From Akkermansiaceae bacterium (GTDB taxonomy: Bacteria; Verrucomicrobiota; Verrucomicrobiia; Verrucomicrobiales; Akkermansiaceae), in the NCBI GenBank assembly GCA_051251915.1, contig JBPOGF010000015.1, positions 32,001-96,000 of the forward strand: a stretch of DNA of 64,000 bases, written 5' to 3'. A program made the translations under genes and the position numbers. Positions 21,357 through 30,493 of the stretch are shown piece after piece. A model generated the notes under the pieces. That model did no database searches, was not told where the DNA came from, and was given only the letters and a program-made list of their open reading frames with translations. Positions within the stretch are counted from its first letter, which is position 1. Every line of letters begins with the position of its first letter.

Positions 21357-22448
21357 TTAGTCCTTCTTGTAAAAAGGTTTTTTCACGACCTTAGCAGAGA
21401 ATTTCCTACCACGGACATCGATATCTACTTCTGTTCCTACTTTGGCAAATTCCACTGGCAAATAGCCCATACCAATTCCCTCTTTCAGACTCGGCGAGAA
21501 AACTCCACTAGTAAGCTCGCTAATCTGATTTCCCTCTTTAGAAAATACACCATAATGCGCACGTGGCGGAGCTCCTTTTCCGGTGTATTTGATCGCCACT
21601 AGGCGCTCCTTCATACCTTGCTCCTTTTGCTGTTTTAGCACATCTCGTCCGATAAATGGTTTATCTAATGCGCAGAAAAAACCTAAGCCAGCCTGTACTG
21701 GTGTCCTCTCTGGCGATAAATCTGAGCCGTTGAGCGGATAGCAGACTTCCAGCCTTAGACTATCACGCGCACCAAGTCCACAAGGTTTAGCTCCAGCATC
21801 TATGAATTTCTTAAACCATGTAGAACCCTGCTCAGCAGACACAAAGAGCTCAAACCCGTCCTCCCCCGTGTAACCAGTACGACAGACAATAAATTTCTGG
21901 CCGTCTTGCTCCCAAGTATCAATACCATTTCTACTAGGCAACTCACGATCAGGAAGCAGTTTCGCATAAGCCTCTACAGCATCCGGCCCCTGCACCGCCA
22001 TGCCTGCCCATGCATCAGACTCATTCGTCAACGTGAGTCCGTCAGCTAAGTGCTTATTAAGCCACGCAAAATCTTCATCGATCTTCGATGCATTCACCAC
22101 GAGGAAAATCTGATCCTCTCCGAAGCGGTAAATGATTAAATCATCGATCACCCCGCCCTGCTCATTCAGCATAAAAGTATATTGGGCTTCGCCGATGGCT
22201 AGCTTGTTTACATCGTTTGCTAAAATGCCATTAAGCCATTCTTCAGATCCTGCACCTACAAGAAAAAACTGACCCATATGAGAGATATCAAAAATCCCCA
22301 CAGACTCACGTACCGTATTGTGCTCATCCATATTAGAAGTATATTGCACTGGCATATTCCAGCCTGCAAAGGGAACCATTTTACCTCCTAACTCAATGTG
22401 AAGTGCCTCTAGAGGAGATGATTGAATTGCTTGATCGCTCATATGCAC
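21357..22448 (-). CDS. gcvT: Glycine cleavage aminomethyltransferase T
   Basis: FAGWNMPVQY, FDISHMG, RTGYTGEDGFE, GLGARDSLRLE; start may be the ATG at 22442. Confidence 0.97.
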   Translation of the reverse strand: MHMSDQAIQSSPLEALHIELGGKMVPFAGWNMPVQYTSNMDEHNTVRESVGIFDISHMGQFFLVGAGSEEWLNGILANDVNKLAIGEAQYTFMLNEQGGVIDDLIIYRFGEDQIFLVVNASKIDEDFAWLNKHLADGLTLTNESDAWAGMAVQGPDAVEAYAKLLPDRELPSRNGIDTWEQDGQKFIVCRTGYTGEDGFELFVSAEQGSTWFKKFIDAGAKPCGLGARDSLRLEVCYPLNGSDLSPERTPVQAGLGFFCALDKPFIGRDVLKQQKEQGMKERLVAIKYTGKGAPPRAHYGVFSKEGNQISELTSGVFSPSLKEGIGMGYLPVEFAKVGTEVDIDVRGRKFSAKVVKKPFYKKD

Positions 22449-22560
22449 GCAGTAGGTATGAAATTCGTGAAAATGTCAATAATACAGCGAAATATTAAGC
22501 GATTGTTTTGCTCTATGAGCAACATAAATCCTCATCATGAATCATGTTGCTGAATCAACC

Positions 22561-23151
22561 TCATTCTGCCTGCTTCAAATGAAACATGAACTTTTCTTCG
22601 TTCTCTTTAGTTATCGTTGCAAGAGCAACAGGTCCTACACCCTTTTTATAGTAGCTCTTAGTCTTCATCCCATTACCCATAGTCTGTTCTAGGACAAGCA
22701 GCCCATCCATATTGAAACCTTTGATTGCAACTCCCCCATCTAAAGTAACTACTTTACTAGTCACTTCAAATCCCCTGATCTTCGATGTCCAAGTATAACC
22801 TTCCTTCAATTTGGAAACAGAGGGCATTGCTAAAACCTCAGTTTTAAACCCTGTATTGATCACGTAAAGATTACCCTCTTCATCTACACGAGCCAAACCC
22901 TCGGTGGGATATTTCTTTTCACCAGCTTTATCCAACATCCAATTCTTTGTTAGATAGTATTTCATACCTTCTTGTTCTTTCGTTTCACCTGTATATTGTG
23001 AAATAGACTCAGCTATGCCCCCTCCAGCCACTCCGTCAATATAAGTAAATACAGTCTGTTTTTTCTCACTGACTGGGAAATACGGATGATCTGCCAGTGT
23101 GATTGCTATACTCCAGAGTAATGTAAATAATGATATGCATGCTAATTTCAT
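22561..23151 (-). CDS. Secreted hypothetical protein
   Basis: Signal peptide; YFP near the N-terminus and YYKKGVG.V near the C-terminus; beta-rich. Confidence 0.7.
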   Translation of the reverse strand: MKLACISLFTLLWSIAITLADHPYFPVSEKKQTVFTYIDGVAGGGIAESISQYTGETKEQEGMKYYLTKNWMLDKAGEKKYPTEGLARVDEEGNLYVINTGFKTEVLAMPSVSKLKEGYTWTSKIRGFEVTSKVVTLDGGVAIKGFNMDGLLVLEQTMGNGMKTKSYYKKGVGPVALATITKENEEKFMFHLKQAE

Positions 23152-23325
23152 AGTGGTTTGTTTATGTTTAAATTAATAATATGATCTATGTTTATTTAAG
23201 TCCCAATCATTTTGATGCATTAGAGCAAAACAAGTCAAACCAGTAATTGATTTTTAACAGAATAATCCTTCATCATTGGGTGAAAAATAGTTCGCTATTC
23301 TTAGTCCCTAAACTATAAATAATGC

Positions 23326-24015
23326 ATGGAAAATCCTTATCAAACACCTGACTCAAACCCACACTCTCCTGATATCCCTAAATCGCCTCAAGATTTAGAC
23401 ATCCCAGGTCTCAGCAATGCAGTCTATCCCCTATTTGTTTCTTTCAAGATTCTAGCATTCGCCCCACAGTTGCAGATCACAGACTCTGCAGGTAGATCAC
23501 TCGTCTACGTAAAACAAAAACTATTCAAATTTAAGGAGAAGGTAGACATCTTCACAGATAAGTCCAAAACCACCCAACTAGGCACCATCAAAGCGAACAA
23601 GGTGATCGACTGGTCAGCACGTTACTTCTTCGCCAGTAATGACGGTAGTGAAATTGGCTCCGTAGGCAGAAAAGGAATGCGTTCCCTCTGGAAAGCGAGT
23701 TACGAAACCTTCAACCCCGGAGACGACACTCCAGACTACCACATCTCCGAGGAAAACCCTATGTCCAAGGTGTTTGATAGTCTCATAGGTGAAATCCCCA
23801 TCGTAGGAATGGCGACCTCTTACCTGTTTAATCCAAAGTATCTAGCAACTCAGAAAAGCAACGGCGAAGGAGTCATGCGTGTCACCAAAAAACCTGCACT
23901 TTGGGAAGGTAAATTCCAGATCGACAAGCTATCAGATGCACTCACACCACAGCAGGAGCTCAATCTCATTTTCTCCTTCATCATGCTTCTTCTGTTAGAA
24001 CGCTCACGTGGCTAA
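23326..24015 (+). CDS. LURP-one/scramblase-like hypothetical protein
   Basis: YVKQKLFKFKEKVDIFTD, IGSVGRKGMRSLWKASY, C-terminal hydrophobic helix (tubby-like fold inferred). Confidence 0.6.
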   Translation: MENPYQTPDSNPHSPDIPKSPQDLDIPGLSNAVYPLFVSFKILAFAPQLQITDSAGRSLVYVKQKLFKFKEKVDIFTDKSKTTQLGTIKANKVIDWSARYFFASNDGSEIGSVGRKGMRSLWKASYETFNPGDDTPDYHISEENPMSKVFDSLIGEIPIVGMATSYLFNPKYLATQKSNGEGVMRVTKKPALWEGKFQIDKLSDALTPQQELNLIFSFIMLLLLERSRG

Positions 24016-24915
24016 ATGAACCAGTGCCAACAGACCGTAATCCCCCACCAAGAATGGAGGGACACAGCTGAGCTCTTCACCCAGCAAGTGAAGAGTTGGA
24101 CTGAGCCCTACCGCAAGAAAAAGGGCAAAGGAGCCAAGCACCCAGTGCATGATTTCCTATTCTCCTACTATTCCTATTCCATGGGGAGATTAGAAACCTG
24201 GCATCCAGGATTCGGCGTTCTGTTAGAGTCTCCACCGCTAGACCATTTCAGTAGTAAATATTACCGTGAAATCAACGGCACTGTCTTCTTGGACCCCACG
24301 CTCATGCCTCATAAGCGCATTCCTAGACTGCGCTGGATTCAGAAACTGTTAGAATCAACTCAAGAACGCCCGGCTAACTTCTCATGCTTCGGATTACATG
24401 AATGGGCAATGGTTTACCAAGCAGAAGACGTGCGTCACCGCGAGTCAGCACCACTTCGACTTACCCAACAAGAAACTAACAAAGTTTTAGAGAGCAGAAC
24501 GGTGCGCTGCACCCACTATGATGCATATCGCTTCTTCTCATCCTCTGCCCACAGTATGAACAAGCTCAACCCTGAAAGTGAAACCCTCCCCGAGTTCGAG
24601 CAACCAGGCTGTCTACACACCAATATGGACCTCTACAAATGGTGTTACAAAGCCATGCCTTGGATCTCCAGCGACATACTCTGGCAATGCTTTCTTCTCG
24701 CCAAGGACATCCGCGAACTAGACATGCGAGCCTCCCCCTACGATCTAACAGAATACAACCTGACCCCAGTTAAAATAGAAACCAAACAAGGCCGCGAAGA
24801 ATACGAATCTCTCCAACGCTCCTTCTCTCTCCGATCCGAAGCAATAAGAAAATCCCTGATCCAACAGCTTAATAGCGTTCTCAATATCGCCGAGGGTATT
24901 GAAAATCGGCTTTAG
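24016..24915 (+). CDS. Conserved protein of the family usually annotated as 3-methyladenine DNA glycosylase
   Basis: HPVHDFLFSYY, CFGLHEWAMVY, CTHYDAYRFF, QPGCLHTNMDLYKW, DMRASPYDL; the enzymatic function is unverified. Confidence 0.7.
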   Translation: MNQCQQTVIPHQEWRDTAELFTQQVKSWTEPYRKKKGKGAKHPVHDFLFSYYSYSMGRLETWHPGFGVLLESPPLDHFSSKYYREINGTVFLDPTLMPHKRIPRLRWIQKLLESTQERPANFSCFGLHEWAMVYQAEDVRHRESAPLRLTQQETNKVLESRTVRCTHYDAYRFFSSSAHSMNKLNPESETLPEFEQPGCLHTNMDLYKWCYKAMPWISSDILWQCFLLAKDIRELDMRASPYDLTEYNLTPVKIETKQGREEYESLQRSFSLRSEAIRKSLIQQLNSVLNIAEGIENRL

Positions 24916-24930
24916 TAAATCATTCGCATA

Positions 24931-27147
24931 CTATGGCTTCTGTCCTAACAATGCTTGAACTCGCGTAAAGTTCTCTTTTGCCTTTGCTAAATCTTCAGGA
25001 GTCGTGAATCTTGGTTTTAACCCAACAGCATTTTGGTAGAACTCTACCGCCTTAGGCAAGTCTCTCTCTAGACCGTGACTACCTTTTTCATAGATTTCAC
25101 CTAGGTCAATCATTGCATCAATATGTTTTTTTACAGCAGCCTGTTCTAGTAGCCTTAGACCTTCCGTAATATCATGTATAACATTCCCTTCATTAAGGTA
25201 GATAACTCCCAAACAATAAGCTGAATATTGGCTCCCTAGATCTATTGATTTTTTTAGATACTCGACCCCTCGAACAGGATTTGGCTTGAGTCCAGCCTCT
25301 CCATAAAATATAGCTTTACCTAGGAAATAATAACAACTTGATTTTAAATGCCCTGCTGCCGAGGCACTTCTTAAAAGCTCGATCGCCTTATCTCCATTCT
25401 TCTCTACTCCCTCGCCATTAAGATAGCAAATGCCTAAATTATATGCAGAATATGCGTCGTTGAGATCATTGCCTATTCTGGCGTATTTGACAGTTAAATC
25501 CACATCCTTAGGATTTCCAAGATCCCCATCCCGATAAATTGTTATCACTTTCCTAATCGCCAGTCTGTTTCCCTTATCTGCAGCCTTAATATAGAGTTCT
25601 AGAGCTTTCACAGGATTTCTTTCAACGTGCTGCCCATTCCTGTAGAGTGTGGCCAAAGCTTCTTGGCTAACAGGATGATTAGCTTCCACAGCCTTATTCA
25701 GCCACTTTAGTCCTTCTTCTTCATTCTGCTCTATCCCGTGCCCACGAAGTGTACGAAGTGCGTATTCTGTCATGCTATACCCATGCCCTTTTTCCGCAAA
25801 AGACCTATAAAGTTCTACCAATTTAGGTTGACCAACTTGTCTGCCGTATTTTCCGATGATCAACTGATGGTAATCGGATAGCCGATTAGTGAGATACTGA
25901 TCAGCCGCTTTCACGTCCTCTTTTGCTGTATCAATAAAGTATTGCTCATACCACCTCTCGGCGGCATCTATGTTCTTAGAGACACCATAATGGCCATGAA
26001 ATAATGCATCTGCGAGTTTAACTTTAGCAGGAGTATAGCCAGCTTCAGCCGATTTGGTCATCCAGTATATCATCAGCTTAGGGCTATGATCAACCCCGTA
26101 GCCCTTTCCATAGAAAAGGGCTAAGTTAGATTGTGCAATGAAATCTCCTTGCTCAGCCGATTTCTTATATAGCTCAGATGCTTTTAAAATATCCTTAGGC
26201 ACCCCGATTCCGTGCTCATAATTATAACCTAATACTAACTGAGCCTGTGCATGATCCTGGTTTACCGCTAAATTCAAATATTTTATCTCTGTTTCAATAT
26301 GCTCATAGATCCCAGAGCCCTTACGGTTAACAAGTGCCCATTTATACTGCATATCAGCGTTGCCAGCGACTGCGTCCTTGACGAGCATATCTTCATCCAC
26401 ATAGCTGAAAAAGTCTTTTGAAAATGGGCGTGTCTTGGCACCATGTTTCATCACCGCAAGCCTATTATTAGCAAGTTTAAGCACGTTGGTGGCAGGCTGA
26501 TAACCTGCGTCGGCATCAAGCTCTAAAAGCTCTCGGTCAACATGCTTGTAAAAATCGTAGTCAAATGACTTACCAAATGCGCAGAATTCTTCAGATTTTT
26601 TCCGGTTTTCTATGAGGTCTATTGCTTGCCTAACTTCTAAGTTTCCCGCAGCCGCATCTTTCTTCAGAAGGTCAAAATCAAAATATTCAACGGCACGTGG
26701 GTTGAACGCTTTCCCTATCTGAACAGAAGACGTGAGCAGCGCTCTGTTAGATAGAAGATTGACTAGTTGTTTGGCATTATCATTCCCAGCATCAGCATCG
26801 GCCTGAAGCATCGTTAGATCAAAATGCTCTAATGTTTCATTGGGGATAGATTTACCCAGCTGGATGAGTTCTTGGGCCGCCATCTTGTTATCATACCTCT
26901 CTAAAATTTGTGCGGCATAAGAGCCTCCTTCTTCGGCATCTTTTCTGAGAAGATCGATGTCTATTTGCTCCTCTAGATCATCAGGCAGAGGTTTACCTTG
27001 GACGATTAGTTTGCCTGCTACGATACGGTTTTTCAACACAGAGTTCTTTGCATCACTCTGTATTCTAATTAACAAGACACCAGCTACCAGGGCACACAAC
27101 AACAAGACGGCTACCATCCTAACAAGATTCTTTTGACACTTCATCAT
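24931..27147 (-). CDS. Membrane-anchored Sel1-repeat protein with N-terminal 47-aa repeats
   Basis: N-terminal TM; many Sel1 units (AQLVLGYNYEHGIGVPKD..KA..Y.KSAEQG). Confidence 0.9.
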   Translation of the reverse strand: MMKCQKNLVRMVAVLLLCALVAGVLLIRIQSDAKNSVLKNRIVAGKLIVQGKPLPDDLEEQIDIDLLRKDAEEGGSYAAQILERYDNKMAAQELIQLGKSIPNETLEHFDLTMLQADADAGNDNAKQLVNLLSNRALLTSSVQIGKAFNPRAVEYFDFDLLKKDAAAGNLEVRQAIDLIENRKKSEEFCAFGKSFDYDFYKHVDRELLELDADAGYQPATNVLKLANNRLAVMKHGAKTRPFSKDFFSYVDEDMLVKDAVAGNADMQYKWALVNRKGSGIYEHIETEIKYLNLAVNQDHAQAQLVLGYNYEHGIGVPKDILKASELYKKSAEQGDFIAQSNLALFYGKGYGVDHSPKLMIYWMTKSAEAGYTPAKVKLADALFHGHYGVSKNIDAAERWYEQYFIDTAKEDVKAADQYLTNRLSDYHQLIIGKYGRQVGQPKLVELYRSFAEKGHGYSMTEYALRTLRGHGIEQNEEEGLKWLNKAVEANHPVSQEALATLYRNGQHVERNPVKALELYIKAADKGNRLAIRKVITIYRDGDLGNPKDVDLTVKYARIGNDLNDAYSAYNLGICYLNGEGVEKNGDKAIELLRSASAAGHLKSSCYYFLGKAIFYGEAGLKPNPVRGVEYLKKSIDLGSQYSAYCLGVIYLNEGNVIHDITEGLRLLEQAAVKKHIDAMIDLGEIYEKGSHGLERDLPKAVEFYQNAVGLKPRFTTPEDLAKAKENFTRVQALLGQKP

Positions 27148-27254
27148 CTAATGTTTAAAGCAAATTATAACCTTACACAAGCTCGCTCTATGAAATCAGC
27201 GCAAGCCGTCACCAACTTTCTCATATCTCCACTTCGACAAAAAGTATACCACTC

Positions 27255-28157
27255 CTAGCTTAATTTCTCAGCATATTGTTTAGTCTCATCAATGAATTCT
27301 TGTGCAATGGGTTTGATCAGACCTTGATACAATATCCCAATGATGAGCGGTGAAAAGCCATCTAGAGGAATCACATGGCAACCTTCAGCAATGAATTTCT
27401 CACCAGATTCTCCCGGGACGGCTACCGCTATACCAGCCCCGAAACCTCGTCTCACATAGCTCTGAATCACATCGAGAGAGTTCACTTCCACGCTAACATC
27501 CCAAGCTATTTTACGCTCTTGCAGGCCTTTCTGGAAAATCTGCTGTAATGCTTCATGCGGCGGCAGCCCCACTAGCGGGATCTTCGCTTTCAAGCCTGTC
27601 CCATCATCACTTTCCTCAATGAGATCATCCAGCGTCTTCACCTTACACGTCTCAGGCACCAACAGCACAATGGGTAATCTCAGCAACTCTTCCGCCTTCA
27701 GCCCGTCAGTAAGTTTTCCGTAGATGATACTAATCGCGATGTCCGCCTGTTGGTTGATCAGACTAGTATAAATGGCAGCAGGATCCACTTCTCTTAAACT
27801 GAGTTTCAAATCAGGAATCCGCAGCTTCATTCTCTCTAGAACATTCGGTAAATGTGTCCGCAACACAGATGCAGAAGCGCAGACTCTTAGATGCTTCCCT
27901 AACTCCCCTTTCAAGCTCTCTTCCATCTGCCCCATCTGTGAGAAAAATGGATACACATAATCATAAAGTTCATCCCCCTCTGGCGTCAGAGCGAATGGAC
28001 GTCGGTTAAAAAGCTTCACCCCTAGCTCACTTTCTAACTGTAATATCTGCCCACTCACCGCTGGTTGCTGAATCCCATATGGCATCTTCCTCACCGCAGC
28101 AGTGATGCCTTCAAATTTTGCAACGTAGTAAAATAGCTCTAAGTGATGAACATTCAT
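27255..28157 (-). CDS. LysR-family transcriptional regulator
   Basis: HLELFYYVAK..GITAA...IQQPAVSGQI.QLE.ELGVKLF.R HTH plus substrate-binding domain; start taken as MNVHH. Confidence 0.92.
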   Translation of the reverse strand: MNVHHLELFYYVAKFEGITAAVRKMPYGIQQPAVSGQILQLESELGVKLFNRRPFALTPEGDELYDYVYPFFSQMGQMEESLKGELGKHLRVCASASVLRTHLPNVLERMKLRIPDLKLSLREVDPAAIYTSLINQQADIAISIIYGKLTDGLKAEELLRLPIVLLVPETCKVKTLDDLIEESDDGTGLKAKIPLVGLPPHEALQQIFQKGLQERKIAWDVSVEVNSLDVIQSYVRRGFGAGIAVAVPGESGEKFIAEGCHVIPLDGFSPLIIGILYQGLIKPIAQEFIDETKQYAEKLS

Positions 28158-28253
28158 ATGGCATATGTAACAACAATCTATTATCACTTTCAATGATGAT
28201 CTTAGGATATTTCCATCGACCGACTGCATTTTTCACCTATAGTCCCCCAAGCA

Positions 28254-28952
28254 ATGAAGAAAGAAACAGCAACTAAAGGCAGAACACTAGCGATTGGCGA
28301 TATTCATGGATGCCTAGATGCCCTGAAAACACTAGAAGAATTCGTAGGCTTCAGTGAGAACGACACCATCATCACACTCGGTGACTACATCGACCGAGGA
28401 CCAGATTCCAAGGGGGTTATCGATTGGCTTATTTCTGGCCGCGAGAAATATAATCTCATCACCCTCGCGGGAAACCATGAACTCATGATGGAGGACTCCA
28501 AACACAGTGCCGCGGCACATTATTTCTGGAGCATCAATGGAGGAGAAAGCACATTGATGTCGTTTGATTGTTGCGTTGAGGATGTTCCCACTAATTATTG
28601 GCAATTCATCAAAAGTTGCGAACTTTTCTATGAAACAGACAGTCACATCTTTGTTCATGCAGGCTTAGAGCCATCACTCGCACCAGAAGATCAGAATCCC
28701 GATACTCTTTGCTGGTTGAGGTTTGGAAATTTAAAACCACACGACTCTAACAAAACAATTATCTGTGGACACACACCCCAGAAATCTCACATCCCAGGTA
28801 TCCTCCCTCACGCTATATGTATAGATACCCATGCTTTTAACCCAAGAGGATATCTGACCTGTCTAGATGTGGAAACTGGAGATTACTGGCAGGCTAGTAA
28901 TCAAGGAATTAAGCGTAAAAAAACACTAGAACTAACGGACCTTACATCATGA
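28254..28952 (+). CDS. Calcineurin-like metallophosphoesterase (PphA/ApaH-like)
   Basis: GDIHG, GDYIDRG, GNHE, FVHAG, GHTP, IDT motifs. Confidence 0.92.
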   Translation: MKKETATKGRTLAIGDIHGCLDALKTLEEFVGFSENDTIITLGDYIDRGPDSKGVIDWLISGREKYNLITLAGNHELMMEDSKHSAAAHYFWSINGGESTLMSFDCCVEDVPTNYWQFIKSCELFYETDSHIFVHAGLEPSLAPEDQNPDTLCWLRFGNLKPHDSNKTIICGHTPQKSHIPGILPHAICIDTHAFNPRGYLTCLDVETGDYWQASNQGIKRKKTLELTDLTS

Positions 28953-29668
28953 TTAAATTACTACTACTCACAGCTCTGACACTACCACTTTGTTGCCTAG
29001 CCCAAGAGAAATCTGACGACAACGCCCTCGTAAAACGCCTTCTCACGGAAGACCTAGGGACCAGATCATTTTTATTCTCCCAAGTAGTAGAAAGCTCTAG
29101 TGGTAAAAAAGTGCTCCCCTTCGATAAAGCAACGCCAAGCCATGCTGTTGCTCTAGCCCAAATCAAAATATCCATAGAAAAGGCGATCATCACCCTAAAT
29201 AAACCTGACTCCCCTATTAAGAAACTCCGCAGAATCAATGAAGCGTCACGTTACTTTGAGGACATGCTCTTGATCGAAATAGCCAAGCATCCAGAACTCA
29301 ACTGCACTGTCCCGCAGAACGCACAAGGTAAAGCTCAGCGTTCAGGCTATCCAGACATGCGAATAGAGCACACTCCCAGCAAAACGGTATTCTACCTCGA
29401 CCCTAAGCTCTATGAAAATAAGTCTAGGTCATCCAGCCTCCGCACATTCTACTACGAGCCTAAAACCCGCACGATGAAGATCCAAGATGATGCCGTGCAC
29501 CTACTACTAGGCATCAGCCACGATGGTGTCGATGGCGACTGGACATTCTTAAACTGGGAACTCGTGGACTTATCAAAATTTAAAGTCCGCTTGAAAGCTG
29601 AGTTTCAAGCGTCCAATAAAGATCTGTATCGCAAAGAAAACCTAATCGAATCCTCCGCTACAGAATAA
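28949..29668 (+). CDS. Secreted PD-(D/E)XK nuclease-like hypothetical protein
   Basis: Signal peptide; RINE, GYPD-x14-DPK; ATGA overlap with the upstream gene. Confidence 0.6.
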   Translation: MIKLLLLTALTLPLCCLAQEKSDDNALVKRLLTEDLGTRSFLFSQVVESSSGKKVLPFDKATPSHAVALAQIKISIEKAIITLNKPDSPIKKLRRINEASRYFEDMLLIEIAKHPELNCTVPQNAQGKAQRSGYPDMRIEHTPSKTVFYLDPKLYENKSRSSSLRTFYYEPKTRTMKIQDDAVHLLLGISHDGVDGDWTFLNWELVDLSKFKVRLKAEFQASNKDLYRKENLIESSATE

Positions 29669-29672
29669 AACC

Positions 29673-30386
29673 TTACCTCCCTGGTTGAGCACCACTGACT
29701 TTAGATGGCTTATCAAATTCTAGATAAGTCGTGCCAGTCACTTTATTATCCTGTAGACTATCTACACGCATACGTTTAAGCGTGTATTCCTTGCCCACTT
29801 TCATGAGATCGGTGACTTGAAATTGCTTCAATGGATGACCAGCTGCGTTATATCCGACCACGCGCATCAGCGCTCCATACTTCTGGTGAACCCATGCATA
29901 TACAATGCGGTAGTCGCCAGATTGCCCCGGGTTGATGAGCCTTACTTTATAACAATTCTGCCCACTAATTTTCTCCTCACCCACGATAGCACTATTCTGC
30001 CAGTAAAGGAATCTCATAGAAAGATCCTCGAATGATAAATCCGTCTTGTTGATCTTCTCTGCGAGTTTCGCATTACTAAACTTACGCGTCTTTGCTCCTA
30101 CGATTTCAAGCAGATCAAATTGATTCTGCTTCAGGCGCATATGGAATCGGTAATCCTTACCACTCACCTTGTATTGAAACTGAATATTCTCACCTCTGAG
30201 GAACAGCGTCACAGGTGTCTGCCGTCCATCTTTTTTCATATGCCCGTGAAGATCTTGATGCTGGAGAGTAGCGGCGAATCTTGCTCCTCGGAGAACTTTC
30301 TCCGCTGCTTCATCTGCATACGCGGACATCGTGCTGAGAGCTGACATTGTGGCGACTACCATCGTGGTAAACAACTTGTTTTTCAT
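29673..30386 (-). CDS. Outer-membrane lipoprotein-sorting (LolA-like) protein
   Basis: Signal peptide; TDLSFEDL, GEEKISGQNCYKV, Y.IVYAWV motifs; start at 30386 supported by TTGTCA-16-TACTTT 6 nt upstream. Confidence 0.75.
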   Translation of the reverse strand: MKNKLFTTMVVATMSALSTMSAYADEAAEKVLRGARFAATLQHQDLHGHMKKDGRQTPVTLFLRGENIQFQYKVSGKDYRFHMRLKQNQFDLLEIVGAKTRKFSNAKLAEKINKTDLSFEDLSMRFLYWQNSAIVGEEKISGQNCYKVRLINPGQSGDYRIVYAWVHQKYGALMRVVGYNAAGHPLKQFQVTDLMKVGKEYTLKRMRVDSLQDNKVTGTTYLEFDKPSKVSGAQPGR

Positions 30387-30493
30387 GCTAGAAAAGTAAC
30401 ACTTCATACTCATATGACAACTAGAAGTTCAGAATTATTCATTCAGATTCACTTTTTTCTTCATCATCTCTCATAGCCTCCTAATATGCCCAC

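Noticed and set aside
22449..22560. Glycine riboswitch upstream of gcvT
   Set aside because: No aptamer motifs seen; only an inverted repeat (22518-22551) likely ending the upstream transcript and a TTGACA close to the start
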